DNA of 63,851 nt, the filler included, from an uncultured bacterium (GTDB taxonomy: Bacteria > CAYSBA01): assembly GCA_964429075.1 (NCBI GenBank). It is 10 parts of 10 records of this genome, joined end to end, with 100 filler letters (N's around TTAATTAATTAA, not from the genome) between each part and the next. Parts side by side here need not be neighbours in the genome. Positions count along the whole stretch, not along the records: positions 13,098 to 19,526 come from CAYSBA010000082.1; positions 19,627 to 26,054 come from CAYSBA010000083.1; positions 26,155 to 32,578 come from CAYSBA010000084.1; 7 more parts are not named here. The stretch is one strand, 5' to 3'. Made by a program: the position numbers and the translations under genes. Position 1 is the first letter of the stretch. Every line of letters begins with the position of its first letter. The notes under the pieces are model-generated. The model was given only the letters and a program-made list of their open reading frames with translations. It made no database searches and was not told where the DNA came from. This document shows, piece after piece, positions 17,435 to 27,260 of this stretch.

Positions 17435-19525
17435 TTACTCTATTATAACAAATTCAACCCTTCTGTTTTGCTCACGCCCTTTACGGGTTGTGTTAGGAGC
17501 AATGGGTTTGTCGGGCCCATATCCAACTGCCTCAAACATTTCTTTGGGTAAACCCTGACTTATAAAATACTTTACTACTGCCTCAGCCCTCTCTCTAGAA
17601 AGTTTCTTGTTCCTCTCATATGACCCTGTGTTGTCGGTATGGCCTTCCACCCTGATCTTTTTGATCCTTGGATTGTTTGCAATAATATCTATAATAGAGT
17701 CAAGTATATAGTATGAATCCATGCTAATGATAGCACTCCCTCTGATAAAATGTATCTTTCTCTTGAGCACAATCCTATTATCCTTTACCTCAACCAGTTT
17801 TCTTCTCTTTTTCTTCCTGAGCGAAAAATCGATTACAACATTTGACCTGTCAGTAATCTTTATATCCTTTCTCTTTGCCAAGTATCCCTTTGCAGTTACA
17901 CTTATCCTATATGAACCAACAGGGAGCCGTCTGTCAAATTTGCCCTTTTCATCAGTGTTGATAGTTATATCTGTTTCTTGCCCAACAATATGTATGGCTG
18001 CCTTGATAGGTTTTTCGGATGCAAGATCAATGACAAAACCAGAAAGACCGCCAAACTTCTGCTTTTCTTTTATTAGAATCTCTGTCTTGGATATCTCGTT
18101 CTTTTTTACCTCAACAACTGCAGAGCCTGGCTCATAACCCTCTTTAGTAACCCTGATAGTGTATTTGCCTGGTTTAAGTGGTTGTGTCAGGAATCTACCA
18201 TCCTTTGAAGTAGCCACGGGTGGAACTCCTGAACCATCAACATAGATCAGGGCACCTTCAATTGGTCTTTTTTTAGCAAGATCCAAAATAGTTCCTGAGA
18301 TCTGACCCTTATCTGGTTTTAACTTGATAATCTTTTTCACAGTCTTTATCTTTTCTATAATCTTTGGTTTTGGCTTTACGGTATTGTACATCCAGCTAAT
18401 TCCAAATAAAATCTGGTATGGAAGAGTTGCCTTTACCCCTGTGACTCCAATTATTGGATTTATCCCGAGATCTACCCCAAGATCAAATGATAAGTCTCTA
18501 AGGGCAGTAACCCTGAATCCAAAGGATAGATATTGTGGAGAGTATTGATTAACTGCAACTGTATCACCCGGCGAAATAGCCGGTGAATCAAGGAGGTCTT
18601 GAGTTGATACCCCAATTGGAATTTCGATATTGTATTCCATAAATGGTGTCAGATAAGGCAGTGGAGCTTCAAGTCCAACCCCAATAAGAAGACGATTCTG
18701 TTTTGCAATATCGAGAGCAAACTGCTGCACTGGAGATAAGATATCATCGGTTAGATTGTCTGTGTTTTCAAAAACAAACCCAAGGTTAAAATGAACCCTT
18801 GCAGGAATTCTGTATGCGGTCCTTGGCAGATCAAGGGTTGCAAGTGCCTTTAAGATGATGTTTGTACTGTTTAGCCTTGGGCCCTGTCCATTGATCTTGT
18901 TATGAAAATCGAGGATAAGGTCTCCTCCGAATGATAAATAATCATCTGCTCTATATACACCCTTTGTACCAAGTGAAAAGTCACCAAGGACCTGTATGAG
19001 GTTGGGATGGCTCTCTGTATTGGAATTGTTTGATATCCTGTAGTTGCCAAAAAATTGGAAATATCTGTTGAGATTATAGCCGAGAAAGAGATCGAGCCTT
19101 GAATATGTGTTGTAGTCACCCTGATAGAACACATCGGTGCTTCTTGCATAAGCCCCATTCATTCCCAGAAATAGGTATCTTGCCCTGCCAATCTCAGCTA
19201 CAGAAACCCTTCTCAAACCATTGTACCCCATAAATGTGGGTGCAATCCTTGTGTTTTTTATGGGTCTCAGGCCCTTAAAAAAGTGAAGTATGGAGGATTC
19301 TTTAACTTTTTTTACTGCTTTTGAGGATTTATTATTTTTTTTCTTTGCTTTGTCATGTTTGTTTTCTTTCTTTTTTTGATTTTCTTGCTTTATCTTTTCT
19401 TTTTTTTTATCTTTATTTTCTTTTTTTGAACCCGTATTCTCTCTTTTTGTGTTTTTATCTTTTAACTTTTTACTATTTTTATCTTTTGATCCAGCTTCTT
19501 TTTTAGTTACATTATCTTTTAAATT
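17435..19525 (-). CDS. OmpA-family protein: Lys-rich N-region, beta-barrel-like domain, two carboxypeptidase-regulatory-like domains, OmpA C-terminal domain (5' truncated)
   Basis: The frame stays open from 19231 up to the contig end (Lys-rich NLKDNVTKKE...). C-terminal RVEGHTDN..N.KLS.ERAEAV, GYG..KP, NRRVEF. Confidence 0.88.
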   Translation of the reverse strand, partial: NLKDNVTKKEAGSKDKNSKKLKDKNTKRENTGSKKENKDKKKEKIKQENQKKKENKHDKAKKKNNKSSKAVKKVKESSILHFFKGLRPIKNTRIAPTFMGYNGLRRVSVAEIGRARYLFLGMNGAYARSTDVFYQGDYNTYSRLDLFLGYNLNRYFQFFGNYRISNNSNTESHPNLIQVLGDFSLGTKGVYRADDYLSFGGDLILDFHNKINGQGPRLNSTNIILKALATLDLPRTAYRIPARVHFNLGFVFENTDNLTDDILSPVQQFALDIAKQNRLLIGVGLEAPLPYLTPFMEYNIEIPIGVSTQDLLDSPAISPGDTVAVNQYSPQYLSFGFRVTALRDLSFDLGVDLGINPIIGVTGVKATLPYQILFGISWMYNTVKPKPKIIEKIKTVKKIIKLKPDKGQISGTILDLAKKRPIEGALIYVDGSGVPPVATSKDGRFLTQPLKPGKYTIRVTKEGYEPGSAVVEVKKNEISKTEILIKEKQKFGGLSGFVIDLASEKPIKAAIHIVGQETDITINTDEKGKFDRRLPVGSYRISVTAKGYLAKRKDIKITDRSNVVIDFSLRKKKRRKLVEVKDNRIVLKRKIHFIRGSAIISMDSYYILDSIIDIIANNPRIKKIRVEGHTDNTGSYERNKKLSRERAEAVVKYFISQGLPKEMFEAVGYGPDKPIAPNTTRKGREQNRRVEFVIIE

Positions 19526-19526
19526 A

Positions 19527-19626
19527 NNNNNNNNNNNNNNNNNNNNNNNNNNNNNNNNNNNNNNNNNNNNTTAATTAATTAANNNNNNNNNNNNNNNNNN
19601 NNNNNNNNNNNNNNNNNNNNNNNNNN
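19527..19626. other. Artificial contig spacer
   Basis: N44-TTAATTAATTAA-N44. Confidence 0.98.
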
Positions 19627-20624
19627 TAATATTCATCAATGTGTTTCAAGTAGTATCCAAAAAAGGATACTGCATAGAAGTTAACGATCTCATAGGCACT
19701 GATATAATCTATATTGTCAGGACCACAACCATCTGTCTGTGCATCATCAAGGTACTGAAGGAGTGCAGGTATATTACATATGTCAGTAAAACTGTAGTGC
19801 CCTGCTCCTTTAATCAATACCATATACACATCATCTCTATCAGAGAGGGCCTCATACATTCTCTTCTGCTCTGATTCAAAGGGTGTTGTTCTATCCATTG
19901 AACCAGCAAAGATCAAAAGGGGTATCCTTACCCTCTCTATTCCCTCTTTTCCAAATAATCCATAAGGAGCCGGTGCAATTGGAATAGATGCTTTCACCCT
20001 TGGGTCATATGTGTCAAAAGAAAACCCCGGGTCAGCACCTGCCACAGCAAGGGCAGTATAGCCTCCAAAGGAATGTCCTGTTACACCTATGGAATCTGGA
20101 TCAATCATATTGCCAAGTATTGGATCATTTCCATGTGAATATTCAAGTACTTTATCTATTACGAATGATATGTCTTTTGGCCTTTCATAGGCATTCTGTG
20201 GTATTTTATCCTTTTTAAAATCTAAAAAGGTGTTGTATTGATGGTCGCAAGCTGCTACAACATAACCGTGTGAGGCAAGAAATTGGGTATAGATTGTGGA
20301 CTGAAACCTGACTCCACCGTTGCCATGTGAAAAGACGACCAGAGGGAAGGGACCATCTTGAACCGCCGGTATTGCATCTTTATATGAATCTGACTCTGCA
20401 ACATTCAGATATACCTTTTTCTCCTTTCCAGCCACATCATGAACTGGATACCATACCTCAGTCTTAACCAGTCTATCTCTTTCTGCATCAAACCATTCAT
20501 ATGTTGTTACACCCACATTATAGGGCCCTTTTTCTTCAGGATCTGTAAATTTATATCCCCAGGAAACACAACCTGTAAGTAAAACAAAAAGTAGAAGTGA
20601 AAGACTCTTTTTGTGTCCTTTCAT
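19627..20624 (-). CDS. Lipoprotein alpha/beta hydrolase (PAF-AH/dienelactone hydrolase-like), 3' end truncated
   Basis: Lipobox LTGC, FPLVVFSHG, nucleophile GHSFGG, D(GSMD) and H(AGH); start at MKGHKK. Confidence 0.85.
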
Positions 20625-20643
20625 ACTAACCTGATAAAAATTA

Positions 20644-21966
20644 CTAATCCTCCGGCCATGTTGACCATGATGGAGTTCTATGCTCTGCTCTGCCATCCGT
20701 AATCCTTATCTGAACAGAGCCATCAAAGTTACTGACATAAAGTTGATAAATTCCGCTTCTGTCTGATGAGAAAACGAGGTGTCTACCATCGGGAGACCAT
20801 GAGGGATCTTCATTGTTCCCCTGATCCTGGGTGATTCGCTTTATCTCACCAGTCTCCACATTGACAGTAAATATATCAAAAATCCTTCTTTCATCCCTTG
20901 CAGTAAAGGCAATAAGATCACCCCTTGGTGACCATTGTGGATCTGTATTGTAATTACCCTGAAAGGTAAGTCTTTTAAGCCCTGTACCATCGATGTTCAT
21001 AACATATATCTGCGGGGTGCCGGGTCGATTACTGACAAAGGCTATCTTTTTATCATCCGGCGAAAGGGTTGGTGAGGTGTCTATAAACCAGTCCTTTGTA
21101 AGGCGCTTTTTTATAATGCCACTGTTGTCTATTATGTATATATCAGAATCACCACCATGATTTATAGTGACAACAGCAAATCTACCATCTTCTGAGACCT
21201 GCCCCCCAAAGGCCTTGTACCTCTTTTTTAGAAATCTTCTCAATCTTTTTGTTTTGATATTCAAAACATAGAGCTCTGGTATCCCAGAACGATAGGATGT
21301 AAGTAAAAGCCTTTTTAGATCAGGAAACCATGAAGGGAATAGATTTATACTCCCATTTTTCAAAACCACATGCTCATTGTAACCATCAAAATCTGATACA
21401 CACACAGAGTATCTGCCAGAGATTTTCTTTATATATGCAATCTTTGTGTTGTATATTCCGGGTACACCTGTATAATACTCAACTACCTTGCTTGAGAAAC
21501 TGTGAACAGCAGCTCTTTCTCCCTCTCTGTCAAATTCCTTTTTATACCTTAGGGCCTCTTTCATGGTTGCCACTTCAAAGAGCCTGCATTCAAGTTCAAA
21601 CCCTTTCTCCTTTTTCCTGATAATACATTTTATAAGTCCTTCTGCACCAATATTTATCCAGTCCTGAAAATCTATTGTGTTTATTGATAGCCCCTCCTTT
21701 TCAAGGTCTGCAAGGAAACTTTTTCTATCCAGAATATTAAAGAAGCCTGCAAATTTCATATCTTTTAAAAGTATCTTATCTATCTTTTTGATAAATTCAT
21801 CCTTTATATCTCCCTCTTTTTTGGGTGGAGCTATTGCTAAAGGATAGGGCTGAAAATCTGATACATCTACATCGATTACAACTCTTGCTAATGGTGCCTG
21901 TTCATAGATTGTAAATAAAGAGATCACATAAATGAAAATGTAAAAAACACTGAATTTCCAGCTCAT
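20644..21966 (-). CDS. tolB: Tol-Pal system beta-propeller protein TolB
   Basis: TolB N-domain (FQDWINIGAEGL, AVHSFS..V....TG..G..TKIAY) plus PD40 repeats (PSWSPDG.....FSSDRSG). Confidence 0.88.
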   Translation of the reverse strand: MSWKFSVFYIFIYVISLFTIYEQAPLARVVIDVDVSDFQPYPLAIAPPKKEGDIKDEFIKKIDKILLKDMKFAGFFNILDRKSFLADLEKEGLSINTIDFQDWINIGAEGLIKCIIRKKEKGFELECRLFEVATMKEALRYKKEFDREGERAAVHSFSSKVVEYYTGVPGIYNTKIAYIKKISGRYSVCVSDFDGYNEHVVLKNGSINLFPSWFPDLKRLLLTSYRSGIPELYVLNIKTKRLRRFLKKRYKAFGGQVSEDGRFAVVTINHGGDSDIYIIDNSGIIKKRLTKDWFIDTSPTLSPDDKKIAFVSNRPGTPQIYVMNIDGTGLKRLTFQGNYNTDPQWSPRGDLIAFTARDERRIFDIFTVNVETGEIKRITQDQGNNEDPSWSPDGRHLVFSSDRSGIYQLYVSNFDGSVQIRITDGRAEHRTPSWSTWPED

Positions 21967-22364
21967 TTCTTTTCCCTCTTCAGTTTTACTGCCAGTCCCC
22001 ATATTTCAACAGACTCATCTCCACCAAAGGGCATATAAATAAAATCGGTCAATCCTACAGATGTATGTCTGAATCCAACTTTTATAACACCATCTGCTCC
22101 CAATTTTCGTACCTGTGGTATAAAATAGTTGTGAAGTACCATATCAAGACTGACATCTCTTATTGGGATGTATAGAAATCTGAGATTACTCTTACTTACA
22201 AAGATCATACCCAGTGGTTCGTAGGGCTGCGTGATATCACCGGCGGTAATAAAGATATCCTCCTTATCTGGAAGTAATGCCACATCGATAGTTGTGCATC
22301 CTGTATAAATAAAGAGTATAATAAAAAGTATGATTTTCCATATCCTTTTTTTGATAGATAACAT
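21963..22364 (-). CDS. Lipoprotein, YbjQ-like
   Basis: Lipobox YTGC, GDITQPYEPLG, RKLGADGVI, GLAVK. Confidence 0.7.
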   Translation of the reverse strand: MLSIKKRIWKIILFIILFIYTGCTTIDVALLPDKEDIFITAGDITQPYEPLGMIFVSKSNLRFLYIPIRDVSLDMVLHNYFIPQVRKLGADGVIKVGFRHTSVGLTDFIYMPFGGDESVEIWGLAVKLKREKK

Positions 22365-22371
22365 ACAACAA

Positions 22372-22400
22372 AGGTTAACAGTCATACTATTGCTTGTCAA
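22372..22400 (-). promoter_or_regulatory. sigma70-like promoter
   Basis: TTGACA-N17-TAACCT with extended TG; the ATG is 7 nt after the -10. Confidence 0.7.
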
Positions 22401-22427
22401 TCCTTTAGCTTTTAAACAAAAATGATA

Positions 22428-22826
22428 TTATGCCAAGGCAGACATTGATGTATCTTCAATTCCAATCCTTGCACCATGATCTGGTAACCTGAAGTTGCTG
22501 TTTGATGGAAATTCCAGAAGATGTGCTGTTTCTCTTGGAGCAAAGATTACCCGCCAGGGTTTTACCCCTCTTTTTACTTCAATAACTCTTAGATCTTTAT
22601 CTACAAAAACAAGATCGATTTCAAAAAACATGAAAAAGGTATGAATATCCCTGCACCCTATAAGCATAATCCCATCCCAGGGCAAAGGTAGACGTCTTAA
22701 CATCAATCCTCTGAATTTGTTTAGAAACCCCTTTGCAATAAAACAACGATAGATCCGTTTTTGATCCCCTCCAAGATCTATATGGATAACCGATCCATCA
22801 ATAAGATCATATATAGGCTTGATCAC
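22428..22826 (-). CDS. DUF192 family protein
   Basis: RGLM.R, IHTFFMFFEIDLVFVD, VKPWR, LLEFP. Confidence 0.85.
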   Translation of the reverse strand: MIKPIYDLIDGSVIHIDLGGDQKRIYRCFIAKGFLNKFRGLMLRRLPLPWDGIMLIGCRDIHTFFMFFEIDLVFVDKDLRVIEVKRGVKPWRVIFAPRETAHLLEFPSNSNFRLPDHGARIGIEDTSMSALA

Positions 22827-23755
22827 ATTACTACCTTTATCTCTGGACCCGACCTGATAACCAGACGTTTACTGCCGTAATAAAAATCTCCATCAAGTAT
22901 ATATGGTACTTCCTCTTTAGATTCTATTATTACCTCTTTTGCAACATTAATCATTGCCTTAAGGTTACTCATCTCTTTTCCAACCCAGATATTTGGTAAT
23001 TCCGTTATTATACCCATAGCGCCTGTAATCAGCCCCATAATCTCAAAATGATCCCTTTTCTCTCTTACCCTTACAAATGGTTTAAATCCAAGACCAACCT
23101 GTTCTATTGTAGCCGCAAGGATAGCTGTATATTCTCTGAATGGCCATCTCCTACCATCTACACTGATATCTACTTCTAACCTCTTAAGTATCCTTTTGAC
23201 AAACTCGCCTCCAACCATTGCAGAACCGATACCTTTCAATAGTAGACCGGCTGCTCTGGCTGGTGTGGGATCATCAACAGAAAAATATTCCTTTACAAAA
23301 TTTGCAACAAGTCCATTACCAAAGATGAAGCCATACCTCTTTTCTTCTACCTCTAATAATAAAACAGACGCAAAATCAAGATCATCAAAGGATTCGGCAC
23401 TCAGAATCCTTTCTAAGATAGAGAATGTATTTCCTTTTATCCCCAATGAAACAGCGGTTGTATTCATGGTACCGCCTTTTAATATTCCGATATATGGCAT
23501 GTTTTCCTTACCATAGACATGTACAATTGCCGTAAGAGTGAGATGACATGTTCCATCACCACCGTTAATACAGATCAGATCAATCCCCTGCTCTTTAAAA
23601 CTATTTACTACCTTATAAAGCTGATCAATCGTGTTGGTAACTGCAAAAACGCCCCTTTTTGCCACTTTATGTTTGAGTCGCATAACCCTCCACGGATTAC
23701 GCCGATTCTTTCGCGAACGCATATTTGTTATAATCCCAACCTTAGGTCGTGACAT
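22823..23755 (-). CDS. Diacylglycerol/sphingosine kinase family protein
   Basis: NGGDGT, LKGGTMNT, LDGD. Confidence 0.82.
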   Translation of the reverse strand: MSRPKVGIITNMRSRKNRRNPWRVMRLKHKVAKRGVFAVTNTIDQLYKVVNSFKEQGIDLICINGGDGTCHLTLTAIVHVYGKENMPYIGILKGGTMNTTAVSLGIKGNTFSILERILSAESFDDLDFASVLLLEVEEKRYGFIFGNGLVANFVKEYFSVDDPTPARAAGLLLKGIGSAMVGGEFVKRILKRLEVDISVDGRRWPFREYTAILAATIEQVGLGFKPFVRVREKRDHFEIMGLITGAMGIITELPNIWVGKEMSNLKAMINVAKEVIIESKEEVPYILDGDFYYGSKRLVIRSGPEIKVVM

Positions 23756-23779
23756 CGAAACAGGGGAAGTGGTACAGAT

Positions 23780-24175
23780 TTACTTTTGTACTTCCTTTGC
23801 CTCTTCCTGTCCTTTATTGTGCTCGCTTAAAAATTCAATTACCGCCATCTGAGCACAATCCCCCCTTCTAAAACCAATTTTTGTAATCCTTGTGTATCCA
23901 CCCTGAACATCCTTAAAGCGGGGCGCCAGTTCCTCAAAGGCCTTTTTCAGAGCATCCTTCCCAAATAGATAGCCTGCCGCAATCCTTCTTGCGTGAAGAT
24001 CACCCCTTTTTGCAAGGGTTATTACCTTTTCGACATAGCTTTTTAGTTCTTTTGCCTTTGGCAGGGTTGTTTTTATTTTTTCATGTATTATTAAACTGGT
24101 TGCCAAATTTCTCAAAAGTGCCCTGCGGTGAGCAGATTTTACATTTAGTTTTCTATGTCTTTTTCTATGTTTCAT
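23780..24175 (-). CDS. rplQ: 50S ribosomal protein L17
   Basis: MKHRK..RKL...[31 protein letters not shown]. Confidence 0.98.
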   Translation of the reverse strand: MKHRKRHRKLNVKSAHRRALLRNLATSLIIHEKIKTTLPKAKELKSYVEKVITLAKRGDLHARRIAAGYLFGKDALKKAFEELAPRFKDVQGGYTRITKIGFRRGDCAQMAVIEFLSEHNKGQEEAKEVQK

Positions 24176-24178
24176 TTT

Positions 24179-25186
24179 TTACTCCTCAGAAGGAGGTTGC
24201 CATCCACCCACATTCATATCGAGTGAGAGTCCGAGAGATTCAAGGGCTTCCTCAATCTCTTTTAGACTCTTTCTACCAAAACTCTTTTCCATCAAGAGGT
24301 CTTTCTTTGATCTGGCAACTAATTGACCAAGATAATCGATCCCTATGGTTTTTAAACAATTTTTAGTCCTTGTTGATATCTCTAATGATTCTATCTTTTT
24401 ATCAAGTAAATCCTTCTGGTTAGAATCTATATCTTCCTTACCACCCTTCACAACCTCATGTACCTTATCAGACCTATCTTTTCCATCCAGTGATACAAAA
24501 TAACTAAACTGCTCAATCAAAATCTTTGCTGCCTTAGATATTGCCTGCTCCGGTGTGACTACACCATTTGTGGTAACCTCTATGGTCAACTTGTCGTAAT
24601 CTGTCCTGTCACCAACCATAACCGGGCTAACAGTAAAGTTTACCTTTCTGACTGGAGAGAATATTGCATCAATATAGATTTTACCAATCTCATCTTTGCC
24701 GTCATCAAGCTCTTCTTCTGTTACATAACCGAATCCCCTTGCACAGAACAATTCCATATCAACCTCACCGCCCTCTTCAAGGGTCAGCAGGTAATGATCT
24801 TTATTAAGGATCTCTACACCAGAGGGGGTTTCAATATCTTTTGCAAGTATCTTCCCGGGACCCTTTACCTTTAATTTGCATACCGCTTCATCTTTATCTT
24901 CATCCATCTTAACGATAAGGCCTTTTAGGTTTAATTTAATATCTATAACATCCTCTTTAATCTTTGGAATACTCTTAAATTCATGCAGTGTACCTGCCAT
25001 TTTAAAAGCGACAACAGCAGTACCTGGGATTGATGATAAAAGCACCCTTCTTAATGCATTACCCAGGGTCGTCCCGTAGCCCCTTTCGAGGGGTACACAA
25101 ACAAACTTACCAAATGTCTCTGAATAACTATTTTGATCTAACTCAACTCCTTTAGGTTGAATTATTGATGTAGAAAGATTAATCAT
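24179..25186 (-). CDS. rpoA: RNA polymerase alpha subunit
   Basis: PLERGYGTTLGNALRRVLLSS, HEF, DAIFSPV, RTDYDKL, alpha-CTD GRKSL.EI. Confidence 0.98.
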   Translation of the reverse strand: MINLSTSIIQPKGVELDQNSYSETFGKFVCVPLERGYGTTLGNALRRVLLSSIPGTAVVAFKMAGTLHEFKSIPKIKEDVIDIKLNLKGLIVKMDEDKDEAVCKLKVKGPGKILAKDIETPSGVEILNKDHYLLTLEEGGEVDMELFCARGFGYVTEEELDDGKDEIGKIYIDAIFSPVRKVNFTVSPVMVGDRTDYDKLTIEVTTNGVVTPEQAISKAAKILIEQFSYFVSLDGKDRSDKVHEVVKGGKEDIDSNQKDLLDKKIESLEISTRTKNCLKTIGIDYLGQLVARSKKDLLMEKSFGRKSLKEIEEALESLGLSLDMNVGGWQPPSEE

Positions 25187-25231
25187 CTGCCTCTCCAGAA
25201 ATTGGTTTACATTAGGTAAATAGTTTTATTC

Positions 25232-25627
25232 CTATACCCTTCTCTTTTTCGGTGGTCTGCACCCATTATGTGGAATCGGAGTAACATCTCTTATTAAGGT
25301 TATTTTCAGGCCAGCTGCCTGAATTGCACGAAGGGCTGATTCTCTGCCTGCACCAGGACCCTTTACCTGTGCAATTATATTCTTTACACCGTAATCTTTG
25401 ACCTTTTCTGCTGCATCTCTTGCTGCTTGTGAAGCGGCAAAAGGTGTTCCTTTACGTGATCCTTTGAAACCTATATGACCTGCCGATGACCAGCATAAGA
25501 CATTACCATTCATATCTGTAAATGTGATTATTGTGTTGTTGAAGGTTGATTTGATATGAGCAATTGCGGTCTCAATCTTTCTAACAATCTTCTTTTTTAC
25601 ATTTCTTCTTATTCTTTTTTTTGCCAT
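25232..25627 (-). CDS. rpsK: 30S ribosomal protein S11
   Basis: [38 protein letters not shown]. Confidence 0.99.
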   Translation of the reverse strand: MAKKRIRRNVKKKIVRKIETAIAHIKSTFNNTIITFTDMNGNVLCWSSAGHIGFKGSRKGTPFAASQAARDAAEKVKDYGVKNIIAQVKGPGAGRESALRAIQAAGLKITLIRDVTPIPHNGCRPPKKRRV

Positions 25628-25641
25628 AATCTACCCTCTCC

Positions 25642-26019
25642 TTATTCCTGTCTCTTCTTTTTCTTTATCCTATTACCACGTGGGCCCTTTCTTGTACGTG
25701 CATTTGCATGCGTTTTTTGACCTCTTACCGGTAGACCTCTTCTATGTCTGATCCCTCTATAAGTACCGAGGTCCATCAGATTCTTTATGTTCATTGATAC
25801 TTCACGTCTTAATTCACCCTCTACCTTTAGGTTGTTGTATATATAGTCTCTTATTAATCTGATTTCATCTGGTGTGAGGTCTTTGGTACGTTTATCTGGA
25901 GAGACTCCTGTTGCCTCAAGGACCTTCTTTGATGTTGGAAGACCAATACCATAGATATAGGTTAATGAATAGAGTATCTTTTTATTATCAGGTATGTCTA
26001 CACCTACCATTCTTGCCAT
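25642..26019 (-). CDS. rpsM: 30S ribosomal protein S13
   Basis: [39 protein letters not shown]. Confidence 0.99.
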   Translation of the reverse strand: MARMVGVDIPDNKKILYSLTYIYGIGLPTSKKVLEATGVSPDKRTKDLTPDEIRLIRDYIYNNLKVEGELRREVSMNIKNLMDLGTYRGIRHRRGLPVRGQKTHANARTRKGPRGNRIKKKKRQE

Positions 26020-26035
26020 TTTTTTTTTTTTTTTC

Positions 26036-26053
26036 TTGTCTTTGTTTGTGTTT
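26036..26053 (-). CDS. rpmJ: Probable C-terminal fragment of 50S ribosomal protein L36
   Basis: Reads KHKQRQ at the contig end directly upstream of rpsM; the stop is lost in a poly-A run that looks like a low-quality contig end. Confidence 0.6.
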
Positions 26054-26054
26054 T

Positions 26055-26154
26055 NNNNNNNNNNNNNNNNNNNNNNNNNNNNNNNNNNNNNNNNNNNNTT
26101 AATTAATTAANNNNNNNNNNNNNNNNNNNNNNNNNNNNNNNNNNNNNNNNNNNN
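26055..26154. other. Artificial contig spacer
   Basis: N44-TTAATTAATTAA-N44. Confidence 0.98.
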
Positions 26155-26156
26155 GA

Positions 26157-27257
26157 GATACCATAAGGGATTTTGCAAAGAATGAGATAGAACCTCTGGC
26201 AATGGAATTTGAAGAGGCAGGGAGATTCCCTAAGGAAATCATAGATAAGATGGCAGAGCTTGGCCTGATGGGGATGTGTGTACCTGAGCAGTACGGTGGC
26301 AGTGGCATGGACTATCTTTCCTATGCTATTGCAATGGAAGAGATATCACGAAAAAGCGCATCGTGTGGTGTTATTATGAGTGTAAACAACTCACTGGTTT
26401 GTGATCCCCTTCTGAAAAATGGCACGGAAACTCAGAAGACTGAAGTACTTTCAAGGCTCGCATCCGGGAGGTCCTTGGGATGTTTTGGACTAACCGAGCC
26501 TGATGCAGGTTCTGATGCAGCCAATCAGAAGACAACTGCCAAAAGGGTGGATGGTGGATGGTTAATAAATGGCACTAAGAATTTCATTACCAACGCACCT
26601 GTGGCAGATTTCTGTATCCTTTTTGCAAGGACATCCAAGGAAAAACACAAAGGGATTTCATGTTTTTTACTTCCAATGGATACAGAGGGTGTATCTACAG
26701 GTGAACCAGAAAATAAGATGGGGATAAAGGCATCCCCAACATCAACAATAATACTTGAAGATGTAAGATTGCCAGAAGATGCCCTGCTTGGTAAGGAGGG
26801 TGAGGGATTTAAGATTGCAATGCAGACCCTAGATGGTGGAAGGATAGGGATAGCCGCACAGGCTCTTGGTATTGCACAGGCAGCCCTTGATAAGGCTATT
26901 GAGTATGCCAAACAGAGGACACAGTTTGGTGCACCTATCGCGAGACTGCAGGCCATTCAATTTAAACTTTCAGATATGGCTACAGAGGTGGAGGCTGCAA
27001 GAAACCTCGTCTACTATGCTGCCTGGCTAAGAGATCAAAAAAAGAGACATACCAAAGAATCTGCAATGGCCAAACTCTATGCCTCAAAGGTTGCTGTGAA
27101 GGTGGCTGATGAATGCATACAGATTCATGGTGGATACGGTTATATTAAGGAATATGGTGTGGAAAGACTCCTGAGAGATGCCAAGATTACAGAGATATAT
27201 GAGGGTACAAGCGAGATACAGAGGATTATCATCTCATCCATGGCTTTTAAAGAGTAG
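26157..27257 (+). CDS. Acyl-CoA dehydrogenase (short-chain type), 5' end truncated
   Basis: GCFGLTEPDAGSD, NGTKNFITN, LDGGRIGIAAQ, QIHGGYGY, IYEGTSEIQR; frame open back to 26157. Confidence 0.95.
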   Translation, partial: DTIRDFAKNEIEPLAMEFEEAGRFPKEIIDKMAELGLMGMCVPEQYGGSGMDYLSYAIAMEEISRKSASCGVIMSVNNSLVCDPLLKNGTETQKTEVLSRLASGRSLGCFGLTEPDAGSDAANQKTTAKRVDGGWLINGTKNFITNAPVADFCILFARTSKEKHKGISCFLLPMDTEGVSTGEPENKMGIKASPTSTIILEDVRLPEDALLGKEGEGFKIAMQTLDGGRIGIAAQALGIAQAALDKAIEYAKQRTQFGAPIARLQAIQFKLSDMATEVEAARNLVYYAAWLRDQKKRHTKESAMAKLYASKVAVKVADECIQIHGGYGYIKEYGVERLLRDAKITEIYEGTSEIQRIIISSMAFKE

Positions 27258-27260
27258 GGG

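Noticed and set aside
19321..19506. Phe/Leu-rich plus-strand ORF and T-rich low-complexity tract
   Set aside because: It is the antisense of the in-frame Lys-rich N-terminal region of the OmpA-family gene.
26019..26034. 16-nt poly-T run before rpsM as a possible phase-variable or slippery site
   Set aside because: It lies 20 nt from a contig end and replaces the expected rpmJ stop and RBS; most likely low-quality consensus.
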